Positions 27,458 through 36,911 of a stretch of DNA of 64,000 nucleotides are shown here, one piece after another; within the stretch, counting starts at the first letter, position 1, and each line of letters begins with the position of its first letter. The DNA is taken from contig OZ253462.1 of assembly GCA_965261395.1 (NCBI GenBank), positions 3,424,001 through 3,488,000 on the forward strand. Direction: 5' to 3'. The stretch comes from Candidatus Latescibacterota bacterium. GTDB lineage: Bacteria > Latescibacterota > UBA2968 > UBA8231. The notes below the pieces were generated by a model. It was not told the DNA's origin, did no database searches, and worked only from the letters and a program-made list of their open reading frames with translations. Made by a program: the position numbers and the translations under genes.

Positions 27458-28642
27458 GGCTTTGTTGCATGAAAACCGGTCGGGGCCGTGTTGGCTTCTT
27501 TCGCGTGTGATTTACGCTTTTTTGGTTAGCGGATAGGACTCAGGTTTCGCCAACGCCCGCATCCGGTTGAGCAAGGCACAGCCCAACCGCGCTTCGGTCT
27601 GTTGGTTGGTTAGGGTTCGGGTGCGCAAGGTGTCACCAAGTATCTGTTTGTAGCGGCCTATCTGCGTTTCGGCTACCGAGCGTCGATGATAGCCGCTCTC
27701 GTGTTTCCAACCTCGACGGCCCCGTTTGCGGATGGCTCGAATCGTCTCATCGCGGGGCAACGGCTCGGCGTTGGTGTTGCCATGTTGCTCGATTTTGGCG
27801 TCCTTGCGCGGCGGAATGATCGGATGAATAGGTGCCCCCTGCTCGGGCGCGGCCAACGCCTTGAACACCTTGCGTTTGTCATAGGCCCCATCGCCGCCCA
27901 ACGCCTCCACGGGGGCCTCGATCTGTGCCAGCAACGGCTCCACCTGCCCCGCATCATCGTGGCTATTCGTCGTCAAGGTCTGCGCGACGATCTCGCCGGT
28001 GGCTTCATTAACCCCGAGGTGCAATTTGCGCCACGTGCGCCGCTTGCTCCAGCCGTGCTGACGCACCTTCCATTCGCCTTCGCCATACACTTTCAGCCCG
28101 GTCGAATCCACCACCAAGTGCATCGGTTGGTCTCCCCGCTGGGGCGGCCACGCCACGGCTAAACCCGCCTGACGGCGCGACAGGGTCGTGTGATCGGGCA
28201 CCCGCAGATCCAAGCCCATCAGGGCCAACACCGAAGCGACAAACCCCTCGGTTTGGCGTAGGGGCAAGTGATACAAAAGACGCAGCGTCAACGCCGTTTG
28301 GATGGCGACCTCCGAAAAGGTATATTGCGCCCCCCGCTGAGGCGGCCCTTGATAATACCAAGCTTCGACGGCCTGGGGCGTGAACCACACCGTCAGACTA
28401 CCGCGCTGTTGCAGCCCGGCCTCATAGTCGGCCCAATTACGTACCCGGTACACGACGTTGGAGCGACGGCGAGGCGAGCGACCAGGCTTGACGGAAGAGG
28501 GGCAAGACGATAGGTTGGCCATGACAGGTTCCTTGGACGAGAAAGCATGGGTTTTTTGGCGAAAGTCGTGCTCAATCTACTGAGGAGCCTGTTTTTATTC
28601 AACCGATCAACCGAAAAAAACACCAATTCATGCACCAAAGCC
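27458..28642 (-). mobile_element. IS5 family, IS903 group insertion sequence
   Basis: IRs ggctttgttgcatgaa / ttcatgcaccaaagcc (15/16 match); perfect 9-bp TSD ACGATGATA at 27449-27457 and 28643-28651. Confidence 0.97.
27512..28522 (-). CDS. IS5/IS903-type DDE transposase
   Basis: YRVRNWADYEAGLQQRGSLTVW, VVDSTGLKVYGEGEW, WRKLHLGV, GDGAYD, YHRRSVAET. Confidence 0.95.
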   Translation of the reverse strand: MANLSSCPSSVKPGRSPRRRSNVVYRVRNWADYEAGLQQRGSLTVWFTPQAVEAWYYQGPPQRGAQYTFSEVAIQTALTLRLLYHLPLRQTEGFVASVLALMGLDLRVPDHTTLSRRQAGLAVAWPPQRGDQPMHLVVDSTGLKVYGEGEWKVRQHGWSKRRTWRKLHLGVNEATGEIVAQTLTTNSHDDAGQVEPLLAQIEAPVEALGGDGAYDKRKVFKALAAPEQGAPIHPIIPPRKDAKIEQHGNTNAEPLPRDETIRAIRKRGRRGWKHESGYHRRSVAETQIGRYKQILGDTLRTRTLTNQQTEARLGCALLNRMRALAKPESYPLTKKA

Positions 28643-29125
28643 ACGATGATACCATGACCGACGAGGAGAAGGCGCTCAACCAGAACCGCCAAGCTCAGAA
28701 GTGGAACGCGATTTTCGACGTGCCCGATGGGCGGTTTTTGGGCTATCCCGGCCGGGCCGATTGGCTCAACGCGCCACCCTTGAGCGATGGCGGCGGCCAG
28801 TCGGTCGGCGAAGGGCCGACTGTCTCGGTGCTGGAGATCTACGTCACACCCTATGACGACATCGTCTTCAGCGACGAGGCCGCTAGCGTAGCCACCGACC
28901 TAGAGGCCGGCAACATCATCGGCTTACAGATCGCCATGCCGGACTTCGACACCGCTCCTCAGGAGTACCGGGCCTACCACACCCTCTCCGGCCAAGCAGC
29001 GACCTTCCGCTTTGCCGAGCGTTTCGTCGATGGCCAGCTAGTCGGTGCCGACGACGCGACCGCGGTGGCTGACCGGTCTTGGGCGCGGATCAAGGCGAGT
29101 TTTAACGAGTAGGCTTTTTGCTTTT

Positions 29126-29170
29126 TACCCCCTGCGCGAGAGGTAGCACCTTTCGCGCAGGGGTACTTTT
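29126..29170 (+). terminator. Rho-independent terminator
   Basis: Long stem tacccc(c)tgcgcgagaggt / acctttcgcgcaggggta followed by ctttt, just after the 29112 stop. Confidence 0.75.
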
Positions 29171-29222
29171 ATTTTAGAAGCCGTCTGCGCCCCAAGAGCG
29201 AGCGAACGGTTTCTAAGGGCCG

Positions 29223-31535
29223 ATGTTATCGACTCTTTTGAAAATAACAACACCTAACAAGGCTATCGGCTGGACGGCCATTGTGCTGGGGCTGCTTTGC
29301 GGCCCGGTGACAGCGCAAGCGGCGACTCGCGTTGAAGTGCCCATTTTTGAGGGCGGTGCGGGATTGGACTTTTTCTTTTTCTCCGCACGCGAGTACGAAA
29401 AGGTCCGTCCCGATGTGCAGGTCAATCTCTACGGCGACCCGCGCATCGCCGACAAGGTGCGGGTGCGGATCCTCGAAGGGAGTTTCCCGGAAGTCAGCAA
29501 CGCGGGTCTCAACTACTGGTCGCTGATCCGCAACGGCGAAATCCTGCCCCTCGACGACTATTTGGATGGGCCGAGTTGGGATGGGGACCGGACTTGGCGC
29601 GCGTCTTTCCTGCCCGGCAGTCTCGACCGCTATGAGCACGAGGGCAAGATCTACGGCATTCCCTTCCTCTATTCGGTCTATGCGGTCTGGTACAACAAGA
29701 ACATGTTCGAAGAGCACGGCTGGGTACCGCCGCGTACTTGGGACGATTTTTTCGCTCTCTGCGAGCAAATCCGCGCAGCAGGAGTTTGGCCGCTGGCCTT
29801 TCAGGGGCGTTATCCAGGCTATATCGGCGGCGTGACCGACAACGCCTATTACCATCTCGCTGGCCGTGCGCGCTTCTACGAGCAGAAGGAGTTGGTGCCG
29901 GGCAGTTTCGCCAACCCCGAATACGTTACGGCGCTCGGGCTTATTCAGCGCACGGCGCAAGAGTACTTCCAGCCCGGTGCTCTCGGCATGAGCCACACCG
30001 AGGCGCAGCTCGAGTTTTTCTTGGCGCATACCGCGATGGTCTTTTGCGGCTCTTGGCTCAAAAGCGAGATGATGGGCAAAATCCCCGACGGCTTCCGCTT
30101 GGGGACGTTTAATTTGCCCGTGGTCGAGGGCGGAGCCGGCGAACCCGGTGCCATCTATACTGGTGCCGGGTATTACTTTGTCTTCAAAAACAGCGCCCAC
30201 CCCGAGTTGGGCGTGGATTTTTTGCGCTTTATGACCTCGCGGGAGATGGCGGGCACCTTTGCCGAGATGCGCGATATTTTGGTGGCCGTCGACGGGGCGA
30301 TGGAAGGGCGGACCAGCGAGGATTTGCAGGACTTGGTGGAATTGGCGCAGCAGGCTTCTACGGCCTATGGCACTGCCCCGGGCGAGGGCTTCCCGGAGAT
30401 GGATCAGTTCCTCAACGATGTGCGTTTTAAGATCGTCAATGGACAGATAACGCCGGAGGAGGGGGCCAAGAAGTTGGAGTCGGCGGCTGAGGCAGTGCGC
30501 AACCGCAACCAGCACCCGGATCAGATCACCGTCCGCCACCTGTGGAAACCCGCGCTGCTGTTGGGCCTTTTGGCATTGGCGATGGGCTATTGGTTGTACA
30601 CGACGGCGCGGCAGTGGCGCGAGAGGCGGGTCGGTCAAGTGCCACGATCTACCAGCACCGTGCGCCTGGGCTGGGCTGGGGTGGTGTTCTTCGTCGGTCC
30701 GGCGGCGGCGTTCTACACGCTCTTCGTGGTGGTGCCCAGCATCAAGTCCTTTTTCTGGAGCGCGATGCGCTGGGATGGGCTGACGGAGATGGTCTTTGTC
30801 GGGCTGTTGCACTTCCAGCGGCTGCTGTTTGAGAGTGACGAGTTCTGGATCGCGCTGTCGAACAATCTCTTCATCATGTTCGTCATTCCGCTCTGCGTGT
30901 TGCCGCTGGCGCTTTTTCTGGCGGTGTGCATCAGCCGCGAGGTCGTCGGGGCCAAGCTCTTCCGCATCGTCTTCTTCTTTCCCAACATCCTCGGCGGGGT
31001 CGCGGCGACGCTGCTGTGGATGCACTTGTACAATCCACAGGGTGGGCCGGTCAACACGGTGTTGGTGGCCTTGGGGTTGGAGGGGTTTGCTGGCTTTGCG
31101 TGGCTGGCGCAGGACAACCTCTATTGGGCGCTGATACCCATGTCGATCTGGGGCGCGGCCGGGTTTAATATGGTGCTGTTTTTGGCGGCGATGGAGAGCA
31201 TTCCGCAGAGCATGTACGAGGCGGCTGATATCGACGGGGCCTCGGCTTGGCGTCAGTTTTGGTCGATTACCGTGCCGCTGATTTGGGAGGTGTTGTCGAT
31301 AGCGATCGTGTTTATGATCATCGGCGGGATGAAGGCGTTTGAGGTGATTTGGCTGTTGACCAATCAGCGGCCGACGACCGACAACCACGTGATTGGCACG
31401 CGGATGGTGCAGGCGATGTTTACCGAGTTCAAGGTGGGGGAGGCCACGGCGATTGCGGTGCTGCTTTTTTTGATCGTGTTCTTTGGCACTACTGCGACCT
31501 TGCGCGTGATGAAGCGCGAAGCTGTGGAGTTTTGA
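29223..31535 (+). CDS. Fused sugar ABC substrate-binding protein + permease
   Basis: N-terminal SBP (WYNKNMFEEHGWVPPRTWDDF, CGSWL), then TM linker, then MalF-type permease (FVGLLHF, LAAMESIPQSMYEAADIDGA) in one frame. Confidence 0.9.
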   Translation: MLSTLLKITTPNKAIGWTAIVLGLLCGPVTAQAATRVEVPIFEGGAGLDFFFFSAREYEKVRPDVQVNLYGDPRIADKVRVRILEGSFPEVSNAGLNYWSLIRNGEILPLDDYLDGPSWDGDRTWRASFLPGSLDRYEHEGKIYGIPFLYSVYAVWYNKNMFEEHGWVPPRTWDDFFALCEQIRAAGVWPLAFQGRYPGYIGGVTDNAYYHLAGRARFYEQKELVPGSFANPEYVTALGLIQRTAQEYFQPGALGMSHTEAQLEFFLAHTAMVFCGSWLKSEMMGKIPDGFRLGTFNLPVVEGGAGEPGAIYTGAGYYFVFKNSAHPELGVDFLRFMTSREMAGTFAEMRDILVAVDGAMEGRTSEDLQDLVELAQQASTAYGTAPGEGFPEMDQFLNDVRFKIVNGQITPEEGAKKLESAAEAVRNRNQHPDQITVRHLWKPALLLGLLALAMGYWLYTTARQWRERRVGQVPRSTSTVRLGWAGVVFFVGPAAAFYTLFVVVPSIKSFFWSAMRWDGLTEMVFVGLLHFQRLLFESDEFWIALSNNLFIMFVIPLCVLPLALFLAVCISREVVGAKLFRIVFFFPNILGGVAATLLWMHLYNPQGGPVNTVLVALGLEGFAGFAWLAQDNLYWALIPMSIWGAAGFNMVLFLAAMESIPQSMYEAADIDGASAWRQFWSITVPLIWEVLSIAIVFMIIGGMKAFEVIWLLTNQRPTTDNHVIGTRMVQAMFTEFKVGEATAIAVLLFLIVFFGTTATLRVMKREAVEF

Positions 31536-31537
31536 AT

Positions 31538-32395
31538 ATGGCCGAGCAACGCAAATTTTCCTTCGCCAAACCTTTTGTCTATCTAGCACTGTGCGGCTAT
31601 CTGACGGTTGTGGTCTATCCGATGCTGTGGCTGTTGTACACTTCGCTGAAGACGGACCGCGAGATTTTCCTCAACCCCTTCAGCCTGCCCGAGCTTGGCG
31701 ATCTGCAATGGATCAACTTTGTCAACGCTTGGACTAAGGGGCACTTCGGCGATTACTTCTTTAACAGCGTCTTTTTGACCGTCTCGACCGTGGCGGTTTC
31801 CATGCTGCTGGCGGCGATGGCGGCTTACGCGCTGGCGCGCTTTAGGTTCTTTGGGGTGCGGCCGATGTTTTTCTACTTCTTGGCCGGGCTGATGATTCCG
31901 TTGCAACTGTCTATTGTGCCGCTCTTTTTTCAGATGAAGGACTTTGGACTGCTCAATTCGCGGCTGGGTATTCTGATGGTCTATGTGGCTTTTGGGATGC
32001 CATTTGCCATCTTTATCCTCACCGGGTTTTTCAAGTCTTTGCCCTCTGGGTTGCACGAGTCGGCGCTGATCGATGGGGCGGGGGAGTTTCGGGCGTTTTG
32101 GTCGATTATGTTGCCGTTGGCGCGGCCGGGGCTTATTACGGTGGGCATCTTCGCCTTTTTGGGGACTTGGAACGAGTTTTTCATGGCCTTTATGTTCCTG
32201 TCCGGGGAGGGGTCGCAGGAGTTGCGCACGCTGCCGTTAGGGCTGGCCAACATTACCATTGTCAGCCAGTATCGCAGCGATTGGGGCATGGCTTTTGCCG
32301 GGTTGGTGCTGATTATGGCCCCGACGATGCTGGTGTATGCTTTCTTGCAGCAATATTTGACGAAGGGGATTACTGTTGGGGCGCTTAAGGGGTAG
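31538..32395 (+). CDS. Carbohydrate ABC permease (MalG-type)
   Basis: YFFNSV, SLPSGLHESALIDGA, WNEF, TLPLGL. Confidence 0.95.
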   Translation: MAEQRKFSFAKPFVYLALCGYLTVVVYPMLWLLYTSLKTDREIFLNPFSLPELGDLQWINFVNAWTKGHFGDYFFNSVFLTVSTVAVSMLLAAMAAYALARFRFFGVRPMFFYFLAGLMIPLQLSIVPLFFQMKDFGLLNSRLGILMVYVAFGMPFAIFILTGFFKSLPSGLHESALIDGAGEFRAFWSIMLPLARPGLITVGIFAFLGTWNEFFMAFMFLSGEGSQELRTLPLGLANITIVSQYRSDWGMAFAGLVLIMAPTMLVYAFLQQYLTKGITVGALKG

Positions 32396-32523
32396 AAGGG
32401 CAAGGGGGAGCAGGTGAGAGAGAAAGGCAGGGCGTGAGATAGATGATAAGAGATTTGAAAGTCCCAAGAGAAGGCTGGCTATTGACAAAGCCTTGGCCTC
32501 CGCATAGGCCCGAGTGAGAAGCC

Positions 32524-33486
32524 ATGACGAGTTATACGGCTTACGAGAAAAGTGTATGCGGATCACTATGGACCTGGGCCTGTCAGCACCATCAGGGTGA
32601 GCTCGATGGCGGCAAGCGGGAAGGGCGTCCACCGGTTATCGCGAGCAAATTCCGAGAGAAGAACGTCTTGGTTCCGCCGAACAACGAATCGAAGGCACGT
32701 GACATTCGCGATGCTGTCCCCTATAAACAGCGGCATCAGTGGTTTGGTAGTCTGAAGAGTTCCCAAGCCCTGGCACAAAGTGTGTTTGGGGCGCTCCACG
32801 CTTTTGACCGCCTTGATCTACTCCAAGATGTGTCCGCCGAGTGCGGGCGACCGGCTTTCTTCAAAGACAGCAGTGGCTGGACGCTCTGCTTAGAGCACGA
32901 GATGGACAGCCTAGGAGAGCCGAGACCGACCAGCGTCGACGTCCTGCTGAGCGGACCGGAAAAGCGAGTCGCTATCGAATGCAAGTTCACCGAGCAAGAG
33001 TTTGGTACCTGCTCGCGTCCACGCCTGCGTCCCGGCGATGCCAACTATGCCGAACAGCATTGCAATGAGACGTACCAGGTCCAACGCCAACGCCGCGAGC
33101 GCTGCGCTCTGACGGAGATTGGCATTTGTTACTGGGAACATTTGCCCCACCTGTTCGACTGGCCGTCCGACCAAGATCACGATCCGTGCCCGTTTGGAAA
33201 AGTTTACCAACTTGCGCGGAACGCACTGGCCGCCGCACTCACTCCACACGGAGAGCTTGACCCGACCGGAGGACACGCACTTGTCGTTTACGATGCTCGC
33301 AATCCCAAGTTCCAGGATGGGGGCAAGGCCACAGAGCAATGGAACAAAGCGGTTGCCGCGTGCTGCATACCGGGACTTCTGCGCCGCCTCAGTTGGCAGC
33401 GACTGATGACCGCCGTCGCCCGTGCGCTGGAACTGGAGTATCTCGTCAAGGGCATTAGGGAGAAATACGGCATAGAGCCGGATTGA
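32524..33486 (+). CDS. PD-(D/E)xK nuclease-like protein (PGN_0703-like putative restriction endonuclease)
   Basis: LKSSQALAQSVFG, EPRPTSVDVLL...VAIECKFTEQEFGTCS, Cys cluster, YQLARNALAA. Confidence 0.7.
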   Translation: MTSYTAYEKSVCGSLWTWACQHHQGELDGGKREGRPPVIASKFREKNVLVPPNNESKARDIRDAVPYKQRHQWFGSLKSSQALAQSVFGALHAFDRLDLLQDVSAECGRPAFFKDSSGWTLCLEHEMDSLGEPRPTSVDVLLSGPEKRVAIECKFTEQEFGTCSRPRLRPGDANYAEQHCNETYQVQRQRRERCALTEIGICYWEHLPHLFDWPSDQDHDPCPFGKVYQLARNALAAALTPHGELDPTGGHALVVYDARNPKFQDGGKATEQWNKAVAACCIPGLLRRLSWQRLMTAVARALELEYLVKGIREKYGIEPD

Positions 33487-33542
33487 CCACCGGAGACCAG
33501 TTTGGTCGATAATCGAAGTTTTGCTCAGCGACAACAGAGACG

Positions 33543-36500
33543 ATGCCGAGAACAAATACTAAACTGACGACAGCGGTTGAGAATTACCTTGCCGATCTGC
33601 AACGAGTCCGCGCCTCCGGCGGCGCAACAGGCGAGCGATCGAGCTATGGACCGCTCGCTAACCTGCTGAACGCTATCGGCGCAACGCTCAAACCCAAGGT
33701 GTTTTGCGTTGGCGAGTTGGCCGATCAGGGAGCGGGGCATCCCGATTTTGGACTGTATGCAGCAAAGCAGGTGCAGAAGGGGCAACCGAAACAGGGACAA
33801 GTGCCCGAAGGCGGCGTGGTTGAGGTGAAGGCGGCTGACGATGACGCTTGGTTGACGGCGGCGGGCGATCAGGTCAGCCGCTATTGGGGCCGCTATCGGC
33901 TGGTGCTGGTGACCAATACGCGCGACTTCGTGCTGGTCGGCGAGGATGCGACGGGGCGACCGGCCAAGCTCGAAACGTTGCGGCTGGCGGCAAGCGCGGC
34001 GGAGTTCGCGCAACGGTTGGAGACGCCGCGTGCTTTTGCCGGGGAGGTCGGCGCGGGTCTAGGGGAATATCTGTGCCGAGCGTTGTCGCATCGGGCACGG
34101 CTGGTGGAGCCGAAGGACTTGGCTTGGCTGTTGGCGTCTCACGCCCGCGATGCGCTGGCACGGGTCGAGGCCGCGGGCGATGCGCCGTCGTTGGCGTCGG
34201 TGCGGGTGGCGCTGGAAGAGGCGCTGGGCGTCCGCTTTGAGGGCGAACGGGGTGCGCGGTTTTTCCGTTCGACGCTGGTGCAGACGCTGTTCTACGGGGT
34301 GTTTTCCGCTTGGGTGTTGTGGGCGCGGCAAACACCGCTGCCCACGAGAGCGTTCAATTGGCGCGAAGCGGTTTGGTATTTGCGGGCACCAGTGCTACGG
34401 GCACTGTTCCAACAAATCTCCGATCCCGGTCGACTGCAACCGCTCGGCCTTGTCGAGGTGCTAGACTGGACGTCTGCTGCGCTCGACCGGGTGGATTGCG
34501 ACGCCTTTTTTGCCCGCTTCAACGAGGGCGAGGCTGTAACCTATTTCTACGAGCCGTTCCTCGAAGCCTTCGATCCCGATCTACGCAAGCAGTTGGGCGT
34601 TTGGTACACACCAGCGGAAGTGGTGCGCTACATGGTCGCCCGCGTCGATAAGGCGCTGCGGGACGATCTCGGCATTGCCGACGGGCTGGCGGCGGAAAAT
34701 GTCTATGTGCTCGATCCGTGCTGCGGCACCGGGGCCTATCTGGCGGAAGTGCTGCGCCGCATTGCCGCCAATCTGGAAAGTCGGGGGTTGGGTGCGCTGA
34801 CTGGCGCGCGGGTCAAGCAGGCGGCGACCGAGCGCGTATTCGGCTTTGAGATTATGCCCGCGCCCTTCGTCGTTGCTCATTTGCAAGTTGGGTTGACCAT
34901 GCAGGCGCTCGACGCGGCGCTGGCCGATGACGGGCAGGAACGCGCCCAAGTGTTCCTCACCAATGCGTTGACCGGCTGGGAGCCGCACCCGACCAAGCCG
35001 CTGCCGTTTCCCGAACTGGAGGAGGAACGCGACCGTGCCGAGCGGGTGAAGCAGGAGACGCCGATTCTGGTGATCTTGGGCAATCCGCCCTATAACGGTT
35101 TTGCTGGCATGGCGGTGGACGAGGAGCGAGAGCTGTCGGAAGCCTACCGCATGACCAAGCGGGTGCGCCGACCTGAAGGCCAAGGGCTGAACGATCTCTA
35201 TGTGCGCTTTTTTCGCATGGCCGAACGACGCATTGCGAAGACCGGCCAAGGCGTGGTGTGCTTCATTTCCAACTATTCTTGGCTCGACGGGCTGTCGTTT
35301 ACGGGGATGCGGGAGCGCTATCTGGAGGAGTTCGACGCGATACGGATTGACTGCTTGAATGGCGACAAATACAAGACCGGCAAAGTTGCGCCGGACGGTT
35401 CGCCGGACCCGAGTATCTTTTCGTCGCCGGACGATCCGGTCGGCATTCAAGTTGGGACGGCGATTGCGACACTGGTGCGCAAACTCGATCATGCGCCAAC
35501 GGGAGAGGTCGGCTTTCGGCATCTGTGGGGACAGGGCAAGCGCGAGGAATTGATTGAGACGGAGGAAGCGGAACTGGGGAAGCTCTATGAAAGCGTTGAG
35601 CCGATCCTGCCACTCGGTTTGCCGTTTGCACAAACGGCGGTGGGGAAGGATTGGTTCAACTGGCCGGCGCTGCCCGATCTGATTCCTCGGTTTTTTGCCG
35701 GAGTCGTCGCGGGACGAGACGGCTTCCTCATAGATACCGACATTGACCGACTGCGCCGGCGACTCGCCGACTACTTCGATGCGGATTTGAACCATGAAGA
35801 AATCGCACGGCGGTATCCGCGCGTCATGGAGACTACGGGTCGATTCAATGCTCGTTCGGCACGGGATGCGCTGCTCAAACGAGGAGGTCCTGTCGAAGCT
35901 GGATTCGTGCGCCACGCCTACCGCCCATTCGATAACCGATGGATGTACTGGGAGGCAGAAACGAAGCTTGTAGACGAGAAGCGGGCCGACTATCGGCCAC
36001 ATGTATTCAAGGGCAATCTGTGGCTGGTTGCTCAGAAAAAGTCATCGCAAGAATGGTGGCCGGCTCCAGTCATTTCTCACATGAGCAATAAGAAACTGCT
36101 GGATTTTGCTGCATCTTGTTTCCCAATGTGGCTTCGGGATGACGGCCTCGGAACTGACATCAACGAAATACAACGCCGTCCCAATTTGTCCAGTGCCGCG
36201 CAACGCTATCTCCACCGTCTCGGCGCGGATGTAGAAGACCTCTTCTACCACATCCTCGCCACCCTTCACGATCCCGCCTACCGCGAGGCCAACGCCGGGG
36301 CGCTCCGCATGGAATGGCCGCGCATCCCGCTGCCGGGCTGGCCCGATGGCGAAGCTGACGGCGCAGCAGAAACGCTCGCTACATCAGCGGCGCGGGGCCG
36401 AGAACTGGCCCGCCTGCTCGATCCCGAAGCACCAGTGCCGGGCGTTACCCAAGGCACGTTGCGCCCAGAAATCGCCGCCCTCGCCGTGCCCGCCACCACC

Positions 36501-36911
36501 GACGGCCGCAACATGACCGGCGACGATTTCGCGCTCACCGCCGGATGGGGCCACTACGGAACAGGCGACGCCGTAATGCCGGGCCAAGGCCGCATCGTCG
36601 AGCGCGAATACACCCCGAATGAACGCGCCACGCTAGGGGATGCCATACCCGCGCTCGGCGAAAAGACGCTGGACGTGTATCTGAACGACCGCGCCTTCTG
36701 GCGCAACGTCCCCGCCGCAATTTGGGACTACAAACTCGGCGGCTACCAAGTCCTCAAGAAATGGCTATCCTACCGCGAGCACGATGTTTTGGGGCGGGCG
36801 CTGACGCCGGAGGAAGTGCTGTACTTTGCGGAGATGACGAGGAGGGTTGGGGGGATATTGATGCTACCTATGTGGGATTTACCAAATTTTAATTATAAAG
36901 GTTCACTATGA
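33543..36911 (+). CDS. Type IIG-like restriction-modification enzyme (nuclease + N6-adenine MTase + ISP-type TRD, no helicase)
   Basis: GHPDFGL...VVEVK nuclease motif; YFYEPFLEAFDP..GVWYTP, LDPCCGTG, GNPPY; YRPFD, EWPRIP, WDYKLGGYQVLKKWLSYR. Confidence 0.9.
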   Translation: MPRTNTKLTTAVENYLADLQRVRASGGATGERSSYGPLANLLNAIGATLKPKVFCVGELADQGAGHPDFGLYAAKQVQKGQPKQGQVPEGGVVEVKAADDDAWLTAAGDQVSRYWGRYRLVLVTNTRDFVLVGEDATGRPAKLETLRLAASAAEFAQRLETPRAFAGEVGAGLGEYLCRALSHRARLVEPKDLAWLLASHARDALARVEAAGDAPSLASVRVALEEALGVRFEGERGARFFRSTLVQTLFYGVFSAWVLWARQTPLPTRAFNWREAVWYLRAPVLRALFQQISDPGRLQPLGLVEVLDWTSAALDRVDCDAFFARFNEGEAVTYFYEPFLEAFDPDLRKQLGVWYTPAEVVRYMVARVDKALRDDLGIADGLAAENVYVLDPCCGTGAYLAEVLRRIAANLESRGLGALTGARVKQAATERVFGFEIMPAPFVVAHLQVGLTMQALDAALADDGQERAQVFLTNALTGWEPHPTKPLPFPELEEERDRAERVKQETPILVILGNPPYNGFAGMAVDEERELSEAYRMTKRVRRPEGQGLNDLYVRFFRMAERRIAKTGQGVVCFISNYSWLDGLSFTGMRERYLEEFDAIRIDCLNGDKYKTGKVAPDGSPDPSIFSSPDDPVGIQVGTAIATLVRKLDHAPTGEVGFRHLWGQGKREELIETEEAELGKLYESVEPILPLGLPFAQTAVGKDWFNWPALPDLIPRFFAGVVAGRDGFLIDTDIDRLRRRLADYFDADLNHEEIARRYPRVMETTGRFNARSARDALLKRGGPVEAGFVRHAYRPFDNRWMYWEAETKLVDEKRADYRPHVFKGNLWLVAQKKSSQEWWPAPVISHMSNKKLLDFAASCFPMWLRDDGLGTDINEIQRRPNLSSAAQRYLHRLGADVEDLFYHILATLHDPAYREANAGALRMEWPRIPLPGWPDGEADGAAETLATSAARGRELARLLDPEAPVPGVTQGTLRPEIAALAVPATTDGRNMTGDDFALTAGWGHYGTGDAVMPGQGRIVEREYTPNERATLGDAIPALGEKTLDVYLNDRAFWRNVPAAIWDYKLGGYQVLKKWLSYREHDVLGRALTPEEVLYFAEMTRRVGGILMLPMWDLPNFNYKGSL

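Larger units (their letters stand above)
27022..29112 (+). pseudogene. Secreted CBM9/DOMON-like protein interrupted by IS5
   Basis: Signal peptide, DGDISDW, VWLGWN..RLYLA, DSIEFMVDGDHSGG; removing the IS and one TSD copy restores the frame FNNDDTMTDEEK; ends TAVADRSWARIKASFNE. Confidence 0.85.

Noticed and set aside
29155-29165. 11-nt match of the TnpB guide seed (tacccctgcgc) to the terminator arm on the - strand
   Set aside because: Short GC-rich match plausible by chance; the adjacent sequence (aaaag) does not resemble the element's left-flank TAM candidates.
29226-31589. 787-aa antisense ORF and other long shadow ORFs (e.g. 167..1195, 34581..36002, 18513..19748)
   Set aside because: They are antisense or alternate-frame to well-supported genes, have no recognisable motifs, and are expected in high-GC DNA.
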